64,000 nucleotides of DNA from Eubacteriales bacterium (lineage in GTDB: Bacteria > Bacillota > Clostridia > Oscillospirales > UBA644): contig JAZQKK010000014.1 in NCBI GenBank assembly GCA_045542115.1, positions 338,790 through 402,789 of the forward strand, in the 5' to 3' direction. This document shows positions 15,206-25,120 of the stretch, piece after piece. A program made the translations under genes and the position numbers. A model generated the notes under the pieces. That model was not told where the DNA came from and did no database searches. It saw only the letters and a list, made by a program, of their open reading frames with translations. Position 1 is the stretch's first letter. Every line of letters starts with the position of its first letter.

Positions 15206-16033
15206 CTACGATAATCGCTGCATCGACCGGAATTCTTTGGGGGAACAGGAAAAACGTTCTTTAAAGATACGATTAAAGTAGGAAATATTATTAAAACCGG
15301 AACAAAGGGCAACTTCAAGAATACTGTCATCCGTGGTGGAAAGAAGATTTTTTGCATAATCCAGCCGATGCTGATTGACGTATTGACGAAACGAGATGCC
15401 CATTTCTTTTTTGAAAATACGACCGATATATTTTTCGTTATAATGAAAGATTTCCGCAAGTTGAGAAAGATGGATCTCATAAAGATAATGGGTGTCGGCA
15501 TAGTGTTTTAGGTTGCGGACGAGATAGCCGGACCGGTCGGATTCGGAAGGCGCCGACAGGGGCAAAAGAAGGCGAATATAACTTGCGACGGTTTCGGCAA
15601 CACGGCGGCAATGGGATTTCGATGCGGACGATTCCACCGTATCAAAGAATTGCTCTGCCAATCCGGGGGCGTTTTTTACCCGGAATCGAGCCGGGTCGGG
15701 GACGAAATTCCCCACGTAAACGATGCAGACGACCTGTCCGTCGTATTCCACGGGAACACAGTATTCGTAGATACCGTGGATACAAAATCCACCGAAGGGG
15801 CGGCGTGTATTTCGTGCTTTTTCGTTCGCCCACTTCTTACAACGAATACAACGGGCGTATCCTCCGGGGCGCGCCTTTGCGGCGTCGCAGAAGGGAGAGG
15901 TGTGCATTATCTGGTCAAAATCCAGGGATAGAAGTCCTTTGGATATGGGGGCAAAGCACCATACACTGACGTGGAGTTTGGTCCCGTATTCCAGAGAGGT
16001 GATCAATTCTTTTAAAGGAACAAGATCGGACAA
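15206..16033 (-). CDS. AraC-family regulator with Cys-rich PocR-like sensor domain
   Basis: C-terminal AraC HTH (FNNISYFNRIFKERFSCSPKEFR). The N-terminal half has FC..C..C...C...H cysteines like PocR domains. Confidence 0.75.
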   Translation of the reverse strand: MSDLVPLKELITSLEYGTKLHVSVWCFAPISKGLLSLDFDQIMHTSPFCDAAKARPGGYARCIRCKKWANEKARNTRRPFGGFCIHGIYEYCVPVEYDGQVVCIVYVGNFVPDPARFRVKNAPGLAEQFFDTVESSASKSHCRRVAETVASYIRLLLPLSAPSESDRSGYLVRNLKHYADTHYLYEIHLSQLAEIFHYNEKYIGRIFKKEMGISFRQYVNQHRLDYAKNLLSTTDDSILEVALCSGFNNISYFNRIFKERFSCSPKEFRSMQRLS

Positions 16034-16189
16034 GGATGCAGGCCTCCTTTTTGCTCTTTTGATATTTTATTACTTCTATTATATCATAAAAGTATCTTTT
16101 GTGCAATAGATAATATCAAAAACAGTAGAAATTTAAAGAGATATATGTTATCATAGACGTAAGAATCCAAAAGAAAGGGTTGTTAAACT

Positions 16190-17443
16190 ATGAAAAAATA
16201 CCATCTTATCGTGGTCGGCGGAGGGCTGACGGGAGTTGCGGCGGCGGTTTCGGCGGCAAGGGAAGGATTGAGCGTGCTTTTAGCGGAGCGAAACGGTTGG
16301 TTGGGGGGCGCGATGTCCAACAGCCTTGTCTACCCTTTTATGGGATGGTGGACGCGGGAACAGGGAAATTCGGTGAAAGATTTATCCGACGGAATCTTTA
16401 CCGAAATGCGGGGACGCCTTTCCCAATATAAGAAAACAGACAAAAAAAATCACTACGACCCGGAATACTTTAAATTTGTCTTTGACGATATGGTGGAAGA
16501 AGCCGGGGTGGAAGTATTGTACCACGCCTGTCTCTGTAAGGTAAACACCGAAGAAGATGCCGTCACGTCCCTGGAATTTGCAACGAAAAGCGGTATGATA
16601 GAATTGCAGGCAGAACTTTTTATCGACGCTTCGGGGGACGGCGATTTAATGGCGTTTGCCGGATGTGACTATCAGTTGGGACGGGACGAAGACGGTCTGT
16701 GCCAGCCGATGACCACTTGCTTCCGCCTTTATAACGTAGACGTAAACGCTTTCCGGCAGCAATTACCGGAAATGCAGGCATTGTACACAGAAAAGCAACA
16801 GCGGGGAGAACTTACCAATCCCCGGGAGAATCTTCTTGTTTTTTACGGAATCGGCGACGGCGTGGTCCACTTCAATACTACCCGGGTCATTCGGCACGAC
16901 CCCACCGACCCCTTCGACCTTTCAAAAGCGGAAATTTTGGCAAGAAAACAGATTCGGGAAATGGTAAGATTCCTGAAAGAAAACTTTTCTTCCTGTCAAG
17001 CGGCGGAAATTATGGCCATTGCTCCGGAAATCGGGGTTCGGGAAAGCCGAAAACTGCGAGGCGTTCATATTCTGACCGAAGAAGAATTGAAAAACTGCAC
17101 AAAATTTGAAGATGCCATCGCCTTGGGGAATTATGATATTGACATTCACAATCCCGCCGGCACGGGAACGAGTCACTATTATTTTTCCGATGGGGAGTAT
17201 TACTCCATTCCGTACCGGTCGCTGGTGCCAAAAGAATACGGAAATCTTTTGGTAGCCGGACGGTGCATTTCCGCAACCCACCAGGCCCAGGCCTCCATCC
17301 GCATTATGCCGATTTGTGCCACCTTAGGCCAGGCGGCGGGAACAGCAGCCGCCGTAATGAAGAAAAGCGGCAAGAACAACAAGACCGTAGACGTGAAAGA
17401 AATTCAACGGATTTTGGAAGAACGGGGAGCCGCCATTCGGTAA
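16190..17443 (+). CDS. FAD-dependent oxidoreductase
   Basis: N-terminal dinucleotide-binding motif VVGGGLTGVAAAVSAAREG. Confidence 0.7.
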   Translation: MKKYHLIVVGGGLTGVAAAVSAAREGLSVLLAERNGWLGGAMSNSLVYPFMGWWTREQGNSVKDLSDGIFTEMRGRLSQYKKTDKKNHYDPEYFKFVFDDMVEEAGVEVLYHACLCKVNTEEDAVTSLEFATKSGMIELQAELFIDASGDGDLMAFAGCDYQLGRDEDGLCQPMTTCFRLYNVDVNAFRQQLPEMQALYTEKQQRGELTNPRENLLVFYGIGDGVVHFNTTRVIRHDPTDPFDLSKAEILARKQIREMVRFLKENFSSCQAAEIMAIAPEIGVRESRKLRGVHILTEEELKNCTKFEDAIALGNYDIDIHNPAGTGTSHYYFSDGEYYSIPYRSLVPKEYGNLLVAGRCISATHQAQASIRIMPICATLGQAAGTAAAVMKKSGKNNKTVDVKEIQRILEERGAAIR

Positions 17444-17466
17444 TAAGTAATAATAAGTAAAAAGAA

Positions 17467-17499
17467 AGACCTGATGAACTTCATCAGGTCTGTCTTTTT
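17467..17499. terminator. Bidirectional terminator between convergent genes
   Basis: AGACCTGATGA-act-TCATCAGGTCT followed by a T-rich run. Confidence 0.7.
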
Positions 17500-17510
17500 A
17501 TGTATTACGA

Positions 17511-18404
17511 TTATTTGGATTTCTTCGCTTCGACCATACGCCGCAAGGTCTTGGTAACGGTAGCCATATAGGTAGCGGCGGCCTGGCAGGTTTCCAGATC
17601 TCCCACCGGAATCGAGCCATAGAAGGTATCGGCCTCCAACGTCATATCTCCGGAATAGTTGATGTCGGCAAGGGCCTGGGTGACCTCTTCCCAATCCGTT
17701 TTACTCTGGAACGGGAGGGTATGAAGGTCGGAACAGGTATCGGTATCGTGAACGTGGAGCGCTTGCAGACGGGGCCCTAACTTATGAATCATCTCGGTCA
17801 TATCTGCCCCCACCAAGGTAACGTGACCAATGTCCAGACAGGCAACGATCCAGGGAGAATCAATCATATCCACGTATTCACAAAACTCATCGGGCTGAGA
17901 ACAAGCACTGTCTACGATGCGGTTGCCGGACTTATCGTAATAGCGGCGCCACATATTTTCTACGGCAACTTTGATGTTGAATTTTTCACAATACGGAATC
18001 AGACTGCGGTAAAATTCCCGGTTGATTTCTTTGAGCGCTTCTTTATTCTTATGATAATACAGATGATGCGCGGGATGAACGACAATGATTTTCGCTCCGA
18101 GAATCGAAGAAATCTCCATTTCCCGAATCAGCGATTGGAACCGGGCGGGGTCGGATTCATCCCCCCGAATGGTGGGAAAAACACCGTGGGCCTGATTGCA
18201 AACGATTCCGAGAGAATCGGCGTATTTCCGGATATCCCGGGCAATTTCCCGGAAATCATCCCCGTTAAAGGGGTCGTCCGGCGTGGAGAACAGGTTATAC
18301 AGAGAAATATCGTAGGCTTCAAAACCAGCCTCGGCCAAAATTCGGATAGCTTCTTTTTGTCCGTAATGTTTTGCAAGATAGCCGTTTTGTGTCGACGTGA
18401 GCAT
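17511..18404 (-). CDS. Sugar phosphate isomerase/epimerase (xylose-isomerase-like TIM barrel)
   Basis: 297 aa; general family resemblance (AGFEAYD..., VHPAH..., ENM..., LHVHD). Confidence 0.6.
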   Translation of the reverse strand: MLTSTQNGYLAKHYGQKEAIRILAEAGFEAYDISLYNLFSTPDDPFNGDDFREIARDIRKYADSLGIVCNQAHGVFPTIRGDESDPARFQSLIREMEISSILGAKIIVVHPAHHLYYHKNKEALKEINREFYRSLIPYCEKFNIKVAVENMWRRYYDKSGNRIVDSACSQPDEFCEYVDMIDSPWIVACLDIGHVTLVGADMTEMIHKLGPRLQALHVHDTDTCSDLHTLPFQSKTDWEEVTQALADINYSGDMTLEADTFYGSIPVGDLETCQAAATYMATVTKTLRRMVEAKKSK

Positions 18405-18428
18405 ACTATTTACCTCTCAATGTGTTTT

Positions 18429-19490
18429 TTATTTATTTTCATCAGGATTCAAAGAATCGTAGTAATCACTGAATTCTTCGTCCCGGTCAAAATGCAACGG
18501 AGGAATCTGGTCTTCCTCGGGGGTGGGTTGCAGTAACGGATCGGCAGGGTCCGCATCGGTGGAGAAGGTAAAGACCAGCAAATTAAACGCCAGAAGTGCC
18601 GCCAACAAATAGATACCGAAGGAAGTAAAAATCTCTTTTAATGCAATCTTATTGGGGGTAATTTGTTTATCCGGTTCTCTGCGGGGAAAGAAGAGAAAAT
18701 AAGCGGCAGCAACCCCAAACACCAAACCGATAAGAATCAGAAAATTGACGTAAATAGTGTATTCTTTCCAAGAAGCAATCAGCCACCACACCGAAAGAGA
18801 CAACTGGCTTGCGGCATTCAGAGCCATACAGCACCAGAAATTCCGTACCCGCAGATAAAACCAACCTAAAAGGAATCCGGTAACAAGGCGGATAACGATA
18901 TGATAGGGATGTCCGTCGCTGAACGCGAAAGCAACCGTAGAGACCAAGACCGCGGCAAGGGTATTTTCCTCTTTCATCCCGTTCAATGCAATGCCCCGGA
19001 AGGCAAATTCATAGGAAAAAGAAGAAAGAAAGGTGGACAGAAGAAGGTAGTATCCCATCTGTAACGGGTTGTTTCCCAAATTCGGGACCGTGATGGCGGA
19101 ATGAACCCCCATCCCTTCCAACAGGGACAAGCCGCCGTCGGTCAGTCCGGCAAGACCGATGGTCAGCCCCGAAACCGCCAAAACGCCGAGAAGGGTCCGC
19201 AGAAGAGGATGTTCCGAACGGGGCGTTTCCCGAAACAGGGGTAATACCGGGTCTCTGCGCAGTTTCTGAAATACAAAAAAGGGCAAGATAACTGCCACGG
19301 CGTTGGACACCAGCGTCAGGGCCGTGGAGAGATAGTAATTCAAATAGGGAACGGCAAGGCCGGAAAGTCCGCCCAGAACAAACTGCAACACCCAAACAAA
19401 GACCGTAACCACGAAAATACCACAGTATAAGTCCCGCAAGCGGGTACGATGCGCCTGTTCTTCCAGGGTCAATTCTACACGTTTTTTCAT
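18429..19490 (-). CDS. CPBP-family intramembrane protease (CAAX/Abi-type)
   Basis: Polytopic membrane protein with SYEFAFRG and FAFSDGH motifs resembling the CPBP EExxxR/FxxxH motifs. Confidence 0.6.
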   Translation of the reverse strand: MKKRVELTLEEQAHRTRLRDLYCGIFVVTVFVWVLQFVLGGLSGLAVPYLNYYLSTALTLVSNAVAVILPFFVFQKLRRDPVLPLFRETPRSEHPLLRTLLGVLAVSGLTIGLAGLTDGGLSLLEGMGVHSAITVPNLGNNPLQMGYYLLLSTFLSSFSYEFAFRGIALNGMKEENTLAAVLVSTVAFAFSDGHPYHIVIRLVTGFLLGWFYLRVRNFWCCMALNAASQLSLSVWWLIASWKEYTIYVNFLILIGLVFGVAAAYFLFFPRREPDKQITPNKIALKEIFTSFGIYLLAALLAFNLLVFTFSTDADPADPLLQPTPEEDQIPPLHFDRDEEFSDYYDSLNPDENK

Positions 19491-19714
19491 ATTCTAAAAG
19501 ACCTTTCCCTCATTCTTATTTCAGTATATCACATTTTGCGTTCAATTGCAAGAGGAAATGAAAATTTTATACAATTTAATTTTACGGTTATCCACAAATT
19601 TTTCCACAGTTTTTCGAACGATTGTTCAAAAGTCACACCACCAAAGAATGGAAAAATATGGTACAATAGAACCACGGTGAGAGACGGGCGGATACAGGAG
19701 CAGAAATCAAAACG

Positions 19715-20101
19715 TTGCTCCTTCCCAATCCACCCCAATCCATCGAACACAAGAAAGGAGGGACGGTTCTGAACGAATACGGAACACTGCAACAGCAAAT
19801 CGTTCGGTTGGCATTGGAATATATCAAAGAAATCCTAAGCGACAACACGGCGGACTACGGCGACTACCGGGTAGAAGACGGGGAGTTTCGCTTTTGTCCC
19901 CGGGAAGGAATTCATATTCCCGCCGACCGGGTCAGCGAATGGAACATTTCCAAAAGCGGCGGCGGAAAGATACGCTTTTTCGATAAAGCGGCGGCCATCG
20001 CTCTGGCAAAATCCATCGGTGTTTTTAACCTTACCCAAAGTGAAGAAACGGAAGACCTGAGTGACGATGCCCTGTTCGGTGATTCTGACGCCGAAATATG
20101 A
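19715..20101 (+). CDS. Small-terminase-like protein retaining only the C-terminal (oligomerisation/TerL-binding) part
   Basis: GGGKIRFFDKAAAIALAKSIGVFNL matches the conserved ...KLHDKLKALELLGKHLGMF... tail of Terminase_2-type TerS. No N-terminal HTH. ATGA overlap with TerL. Start uncertain (TTG 19715; AGGAGG at 19756). Confidence 0.55.
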   Translation: MLLPNPPQSIEHKKGGTVLNEYGTLQQQIVRLALEYIKEILSDNTADYGDYRVEDGEFRFCPREGIHIPADRVSEWNISKSGGGKIRFFDKAAAIALAKSIGVFNLTQSEETEDLSDDALFGDSDAEI

Positions 20102-21423
20102 TTAAGAAAAAGACCATTCCTTGGAATTTTTCCGAAAAGCAGAAGACCTATTTAAACCGCTGTCGCACCGCCACGTATAATTTCGCGGAAGGAGCGGTTC
20201 GGTCGGGGAAAACCGTCTGCAACGTTCTGGCCTTTGCCCGAGCCTTGGAGACCACCCCGGACCGGCTTCATTTGGCTACGGGAGTAACCATCGCCGCGGC
20301 AAAACTGAACTTAGGAGACTGTAACGGCTTTGGGCTGGAACATCTGTTTCGGGGACGTTGCCGCTGGGGCAGGTATCACGAAAATCCTGCCCTTTACGTG
20401 GAGACCAAGACCGGTCCGAAAACGGTGCTTTTTGCCGGAGGCGGAAAATCCGACAGTTATAAACGAATTCGGGGAAATTCCTACGGATTATGGATTGCCA
20501 CCGAGGTAAACAAGCATCATCTGGCCGACGACGACACCTGCTTTTTGCAAGAAGCCTTCAATCGTCAGTTGGCGGCAAAACGGCGGCAGGTTTTTTGGGA
20601 TTTCAACCCCGACTACCCAAAACATCCCGTCTACGTGAAATACGTGGATAAATTTCGAAACGACGGACTGGACGTAAATTATATGCATTTCACCATTTTT
20701 GACAACCCCGCCGTTGGAAAATCGCAGTTGGAAAGCATTTTGCGGCAGTATCAAAAGGGGAGCGTGTGGTATCGGCGTTGGATTTTGGGGGAACGGTGTG
20801 CGGCGGAAGGGTTAATATTTCCGGAATTCACGGAGAATTCCAAACGCTGGACCGTACAAACCCCGCCCGAAGACATTGCGTTTATCACCGTAGGCTGTGA
20901 CTACGGGGGGACGATGTCCCGAACGGTCTTTACTGCGGTAGGCATCCGGGAAGAATACCGCGGCGTCTGCGTGCTTGCCTGTCGGCGATTGGAAAAGGGA
21001 AAAGGGAAAATCACCCCCGACGACCTGGAACGGGAGTTTATTCAATTTATTTTTGACGTGGAACGGCGGTTTCATAACCGTCCCCGGTATGCTTTTATGG
21101 ATTCGGAGGGGCAATACCTGACCAACGGGATTCGGGCCGCTTGTGCCAGGGCGGGACTTTCGGTTGCCATATGCGACTGCAAAAAAGTTACCATCGCCGA
21201 CCGTATCGCTTGCAAGATGCGGTTGATGAACGAAGGGAGATGGAGCGTTCTGGAAGACTGCACCGAAGTCATCTCTTCCACGGGAGAATTGGTCTGGGAC
21301 CCCGATGCCCCCGACCGGCGATTGGACAACGGAACCACCGACGTGGATACCGCCGACGCGGAAGAATACGCCTGGTCCTGTTGGCTCAAAGAATTTTTAA
21401 ACCCTCCGAAAGAAAAGAGGTAA
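20098..21423 (+). CDS. terL: Terminase large subunit (PBSX/Terminase_3 type)
   Basis: 441 aa. Walker A AEGAVRSGKT, Walker B-like LWIATEV. Size and layout typical of the type. Confidence 0.85.
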   Translation: MIKKKTIPWNFSEKQKTYLNRCRTATYNFAEGAVRSGKTVCNVLAFARALETTPDRLHLATGVTIAAAKLNLGDCNGFGLEHLFRGRCRWGRYHENPALYVETKTGPKTVLFAGGGKSDSYKRIRGNSYGLWIATEVNKHHLADDDTCFLQEAFNRQLAAKRRQVFWDFNPDYPKHPVYVKYVDKFRNDGLDVNYMHFTIFDNPAVGKSQLESILRQYQKGSVWYRRWILGERCAAEGLIFPEFTENSKRWTVQTPPEDIAFITVGCDYGGTMSRTVFTAVGIREEYRGVCVLACRRLEKGKGKITPDDLEREFIQFIFDVERRFHNRPRYAFMDSEGQYLTNGIRAACARAGLSVAICDCKKVTIADRIACKMRLMNEGRWSVLEDCTEVISSTGELVWDPDAPDRRLDNGTTDVDTADAEEYAWSCWLKEFLNPPKEKR

Positions 21424-21426
21424 TCA

Positions 21427-22833
21427 ATGGAAACCATACTTTCCTATCTGAAAGAACGGTTCGGATATGACAATATCGACCGGGGTTTTTACCGGAAGAT
21501 AAGCGAATGGGACCGCTGGTACACGGGGAACGGCACCGATTTTCACCGTACCCGGGTCAACAACGGACTTTCGGTCATTGAACACGATTTGAGTCAGATG
21601 AATATGGCCAAAAAGGTAGCCGAAGATTGGGCAAACCTTTTGATGAACGAAAAGACCCGTATTGACACCGACAACGCCGCAGCCGCAGAATTTTTGCGGG
21701 GACACAATGGCAAAGGCGGGGTTTTGGGAGAGAACGATTTCTGGACCGGAATCAATCAACTGGTAGAACGGTCCTTTGCCTTGGGAACGGGGGCCGTGGT
21801 GCTTCGATTGGAACAAGCCCGTATCGACGGACAACACCGGCTTCTCCCCTCTCCTGAGGGAAAGATTCGGTTGGAATACGTCACCGCACCCAACATTATT
21901 CCCCTGTCCTGGCAGGGAAACGACGTGACCGAAGCGGCCTTTGCAGGTTCAATGACCCAGGCAGGTCAGAGCTTGACCTATTTGCAGATTCACCGAAAAG
22001 AAGCCGACGGCTACGTTATCGAAAGCGTCTGCTTTTCCAACAAGACCGGGAAAAAAGTTCCCTTACCCGACGGCATCTGCCCTACGGTACGAACGGGAAG
22101 CAATACCCCTTGGTTCGTACTGATAAAACCCAATTTGGTAAACAATCTCACCGACCTTCCGATGGGGATTTCGGTCTTCGCCAACTCCATCGACATCCTG
22201 AAAGGGTTGGATCTGTGTTACGACAGTTTCCATATGGAATTTTATCTGGGCAAAAAGATGGTCTTTCTCCGAAAAGACCTGATGATGCAAGACCAACAGG
22301 GACGGTTGTATGCCCCCCAGGATTGCAATCGCCAACTGTTTATGTACATCGGAGACAAGAACGTGGACGGAGACCTGCTTCCCCAGGAATTCAACCCGGA
22401 ATTGCGAGTCAAGGACCACGCCGACGCCATTCAGCAGCATTTGAATTATCTGTCCTGTAAATGCGGATTCGGAGACCGGTATTATCGGTTTAACGGAAAC
22501 GCCGCACCGGCAACTGCAACGGAAGTTATCTCCACCGACGCCGCCCTGTACCGTTCGGTGCGCAAGCACGAAATTCTCTTGGAGCAACCCCTTCTTCGTC
22601 TGACCGAAGCGATTCTTTCCGTCGGACGGGAGATTTTAGGTCGCCCCATTCCCGAAGAAGTTGCTCTTTCGGTCCACTTCGACGACAGTATCATCGAAGA
22701 CCGGACGGCAGAGCAAAAGCGAGATATGGAGCTGGTTTCTTTGGGATTGATGCTAGATTGGGAATTCCGGATGAAGCATTACGGAGAAACCGAGCAGACT
22801 GCCAAAGCACGGTGTAAGGAGAAACGGCAATGA
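21427..22833 (+). CDS. Portal protein (SPP1 Gp6-like)
   Basis: 468 aa immediately after TerL. The N-terminal ISEWDRWYTGNGTDFH...MNMAKKVAEDWANLLMNEK pattern is typical of Gp6-type portals. Confidence 0.8.
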   Translation: METILSYLKERFGYDNIDRGFYRKISEWDRWYTGNGTDFHRTRVNNGLSVIEHDLSQMNMAKKVAEDWANLLMNEKTRIDTDNAAAAEFLRGHNGKGGVLGENDFWTGINQLVERSFALGTGAVVLRLEQARIDGQHRLLPSPEGKIRLEYVTAPNIIPLSWQGNDVTEAAFAGSMTQAGQSLTYLQIHRKEADGYVIESVCFSNKTGKKVPLPDGICPTVRTGSNTPWFVLIKPNLVNNLTDLPMGISVFANSIDILKGLDLCYDSFHMEFYLGKKMVFLRKDLMMQDQQGRLYAPQDCNRQLFMYIGDKNVDGDLLPQEFNPELRVKDHADAIQQHLNYLSCKCGFGDRYYRFNGNAAPATATEVISTDAALYRSVRKHEILLEQPLLRLTEAILSVGREILGRPIPEEVALSVHFDDSIIEDRTAEQKRDMELVSLGLMLDWEFRMKHYGETEQTAKARCKEKRQ

Positions 22834-23231
22834 GCGAAGAAAACAAGCAAACGCCCCTGTCGGTGGAAGAATTGTCCGCCCTGATTCCCGAAGGGTACGC
22901 CCTGGTGGAAAAGGACGGCTGGATTCCTCGTCAGCAGGCGGAAGAACAACTGCGCAATCTGTCCTTTGACCGACAGATCGACTTAGAATTGACCCGATGC
23001 GGAGCAAAAAGCTTGACGGCCGCCCGGGCGCTTCTGGACCTGAATCACTTACGGGAAAATCCCGACGGAGTTTCCGCTGCCGTGGGCAAGGTCCGAAAAG
23101 AAAACGACTGGCTCTTTCAACAACAGTCCACCTATTCCAGCGGCGGTGTTTTGGCCCCCCGGCGGTCGGTGGACACCGAAACGATGACCGATGCGGAATA
23201 TTACGCCTATCGGAAACAAATGAAAGGATAA
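22830..23231 (+). CDS. Scaffolding protein (GP20-like)
   Basis: 133 aa between the portal and coat genes. GAKSLTAARALLDLNHL resembles the GP20 family motif. Confidence 0.6.
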   Translation: MSEENKQTPLSVEELSALIPEGYALVEKDGWIPRQQAEEQLRNLSFDRQIDLELTRCGAKSLTAARALLDLNHLRENPDGVSAAVGKVRKENDWLFQQQSTYSSGGVLAPRRSVDTETMTDAEYYAYRKQMKG

Positions 23232-23240
23232 AAAACGATT

Positions 23241-24323
23241 ATGAACAACTTTTTGACTACCAAAACTATTGCAAGAGAAGCCCTTCCCATTCTGGAATCC
23301 AATCTGGTCTTCCCTGCGCTTATCTACAAGGATTATTCCGAAGACTTCTCCAAGCAGGGCGACACCATTCAGGTTCGCAAGCCTCCCGTATACAACGCCT
23401 CCGAATTTGACGGAGAAATTGATATCCAGGATATCAACGAAGGGGAAGTTCTCGTCAAGCTGGACAAGATCGCCGACGTATCCGTGGAATTGACCGCCAA
23501 GGAAATGGCCTTGAACGCGGAAGATTTCACCAAGCAGGTGATTGAGCCTGCGATGGTTGCCATTGCAGAAAAAATCAATGCCGACGGCCTTGCCCTTTAC
23601 AAAGACGTTGCCAACATTTACACCCCCGAATCGGGCAAGCCTTCTTCCCTGTCCGATCTTGCAGGCGGTGCCAAGATTTTGAACGACAACAAGGCTCCCC
23701 TCGTGGGCAGAAGCGGCGTTTGGAACACCGAAGCGATTGCAAACTTCCAGGTTCTTCCCGCTCTGGTCAATGCGGAAAAATCCGGTTCCACCGATGCTCT
23801 GAGAGAAGGGTCTGTCGGTCGGGTCTTCGGCGTAGACCACTTCTTCTCTCAGCAGGTTCCCGAACATACGGCGGGGAATTTCTCCGGAAAGGCAACCGTT
23901 GATACCGTAAACGCCTACGGCTACGTTTCCATCTCCGGTGGAAACGGCTCTTTGTACTGCGGAGACATTCTGCAAATCGGAGAGAAGACCTACACCGTAA
24001 CGGAAGACGTGAACAGCGACGGAAATACCGTCACGGTTCCGGTTTCTCCTCAGGCCAAACAGGAGGACGTCGTCGGGAAGGACGTTACGGTCCTTGGAAA
24101 CCATACCGCCAATCTGATGTTCCAGAAGAACGCCTTTGGCTTTGTGACCCGTCCCTTGGAAGCGGCCCGCGGTGCAGACAGCTACGTGACCAATTACAAC
24201 GGTCTTTCCGTCCGTGTCACGATGGACTACAACATCGCCACCAAGAAACAGACTCTTTCCATTGATACGCTGTACGGCTTTAAGACCCTGTACCCCGAAC
24301 TTGCCGTCCGCGTTGTTGGCTAA
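23241..24323 (+). CDS. Major capsid protein (P22-coat-like family)
   Basis: 360 aa. N-terminal TKTIAREALPILESNLVFPALIYKDYS...GDTIQVRKP is characteristic. No protease gene in the cluster. Confidence 0.8.
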   Translation: MNNFLTTKTIAREALPILESNLVFPALIYKDYSEDFSKQGDTIQVRKPPVYNASEFDGEIDIQDINEGEVLVKLDKIADVSVELTAKEMALNAEDFTKQVIEPAMVAIAEKINADGLALYKDVANIYTPESGKPSSLSDLAGGAKILNDNKAPLVGRSGVWNTEAIANFQVLPALVNAEKSGSTDALREGSVGRVFGVDHFFSQQVPEHTAGNFSGKATVDTVNAYGYVSISGGNGSLYCGDILQIGEKTYTVTEDVNSDGNTVTVPVSPQAKQEDVVGKDVTVLGNHTANLMFQKNAFGFVTRPLEAARGADSYVTNYNGLSVRVTMDYNIATKKQTLSIDTLYGFKTLYPELAVRVVG

Positions 24324-24342
24324 GAAAACCGTTTTATATTCT

Positions 24343-24366
24343 GCGTCTCTCCTTCGGGAGAGACGC
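24343..24366 (+). other. Perfect 10-bp stem / TTCG-loop hairpin just after the capsid gene
   Basis: GCGTCTCTCC-ttcg-GGAGAGACGC with no U-tract. Likely an mRNA-stabilising or partial terminator element. Confidence 0.6.
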
Positions 24367-24385
24367 CCAGACAGGAGGCAAACCT

Positions 24386-24742
24386 ATGCAAGCCATTACC
24401 AAAACGGAATTTGACCTGACCCACCGGTCGGAGAATCTGGAAGAAGAGGAATTTGACCTGCTTTCTCAGTTAGCGTTGGACCTGACCAATCTGTTGTGTT
24501 TTGGCCGAGCCGACCGAGACGAAGGCTCCGCCCGGCGCGCAATGAAAGAAATGATCGGCTATTGGGTCGCCCGGGGAGGGATGTCCGCCGTCAGCGGACA
24601 GGCAACCCCCAAAAGCGAGAGAATCGGGAATTATTCAGTAACCAATCGGGAGGAAAATGCCGTTACACTCAACGGCGTCTCCATCGCCCCCCAAGCGCTG
24701 TTGATTCTGGACAATGCAAATCTCCGCAACCGAAACCTGTAA
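24386..24742 (+). CDS. Head-tail connector (gp6-like) candidate
   Basis: 118 aa; call from position after the capsid gene and size. Confidence 0.45.
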   Translation: MQAITKTEFDLTHRSENLEEEEFDLLSQLALDLTNLLCFGRADRDEGSARRAMKEMIGYWVARGGMSAVSGQATPKSERIGNYSVTNREENAVTLNGVSIAPQALLILDNANLRNRNL

Positions 24743-24754
24743 AGGAGGAATGGG

Positions 24755-25120
24755 ATGACCGTAACTATTTTTAACCGTTTGGGAGAGGACGAGCAGGGCA
24801 ACGGAAGATACAAACCCTGCGTCTTCCGAAACGCCTATATCGAGACCAAAAATGCGGCAAATCCCGTCTATTCGGGGGAACGGAACAACGATAACTTCCG
24901 CTTGTATCTGTTCACCGACCGGGGATATCTGCCCGGGGAGGAATTTCGAAACGCGCCGGGAAGCCATTGGACCTTGGAGCCGGGAGACCTTTTGGCGTTG
25001 GGGATTCACAAAGAAATTCCCCAAAACCCGTTTCGAATCAATACAATAAACGTATTTTATGCCCGAGACAAATTTCATCACTGGGAGGTGAGCGGCCGTG
25101 GGCAGTTGCTGGAATCGTAA
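24755..25120 (+). CDS. Head-closure / minor capsid-type protein candidate
   Basis: 121 aa; call from position in the head-tail joining block. Confidence 0.4.
   Translation: MTVTIFNRLGEDEQGNGRYKPCVFRNAYIETKNAANPVYSGERNNDNFRLYLFTDRGYLPGEEFRNAPGSHWTLEPGDLLALGIHKEIPQNPFRINTINVFYARDKFHHWEVSGRGQLLES

Noticed and set aside
18429-19490. CPBP/'Abi' protease as an abortive-infection gene linked to the phage-like cluster
   Set aside because: The Abi name of this family is historical. The gene is divergently transcribed and polytopic, and adjacency alone is not evidence.
19560-19685. 40-aa ORF (MKILYNLILRLSTNF...) upstream of the phage-like cluster as a regulator
   Set aside because: RBS spacing is poor, the sequence is hydrophobic and low-complexity, and it overlaps the promoter-like hexamers. 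There is not enough support.
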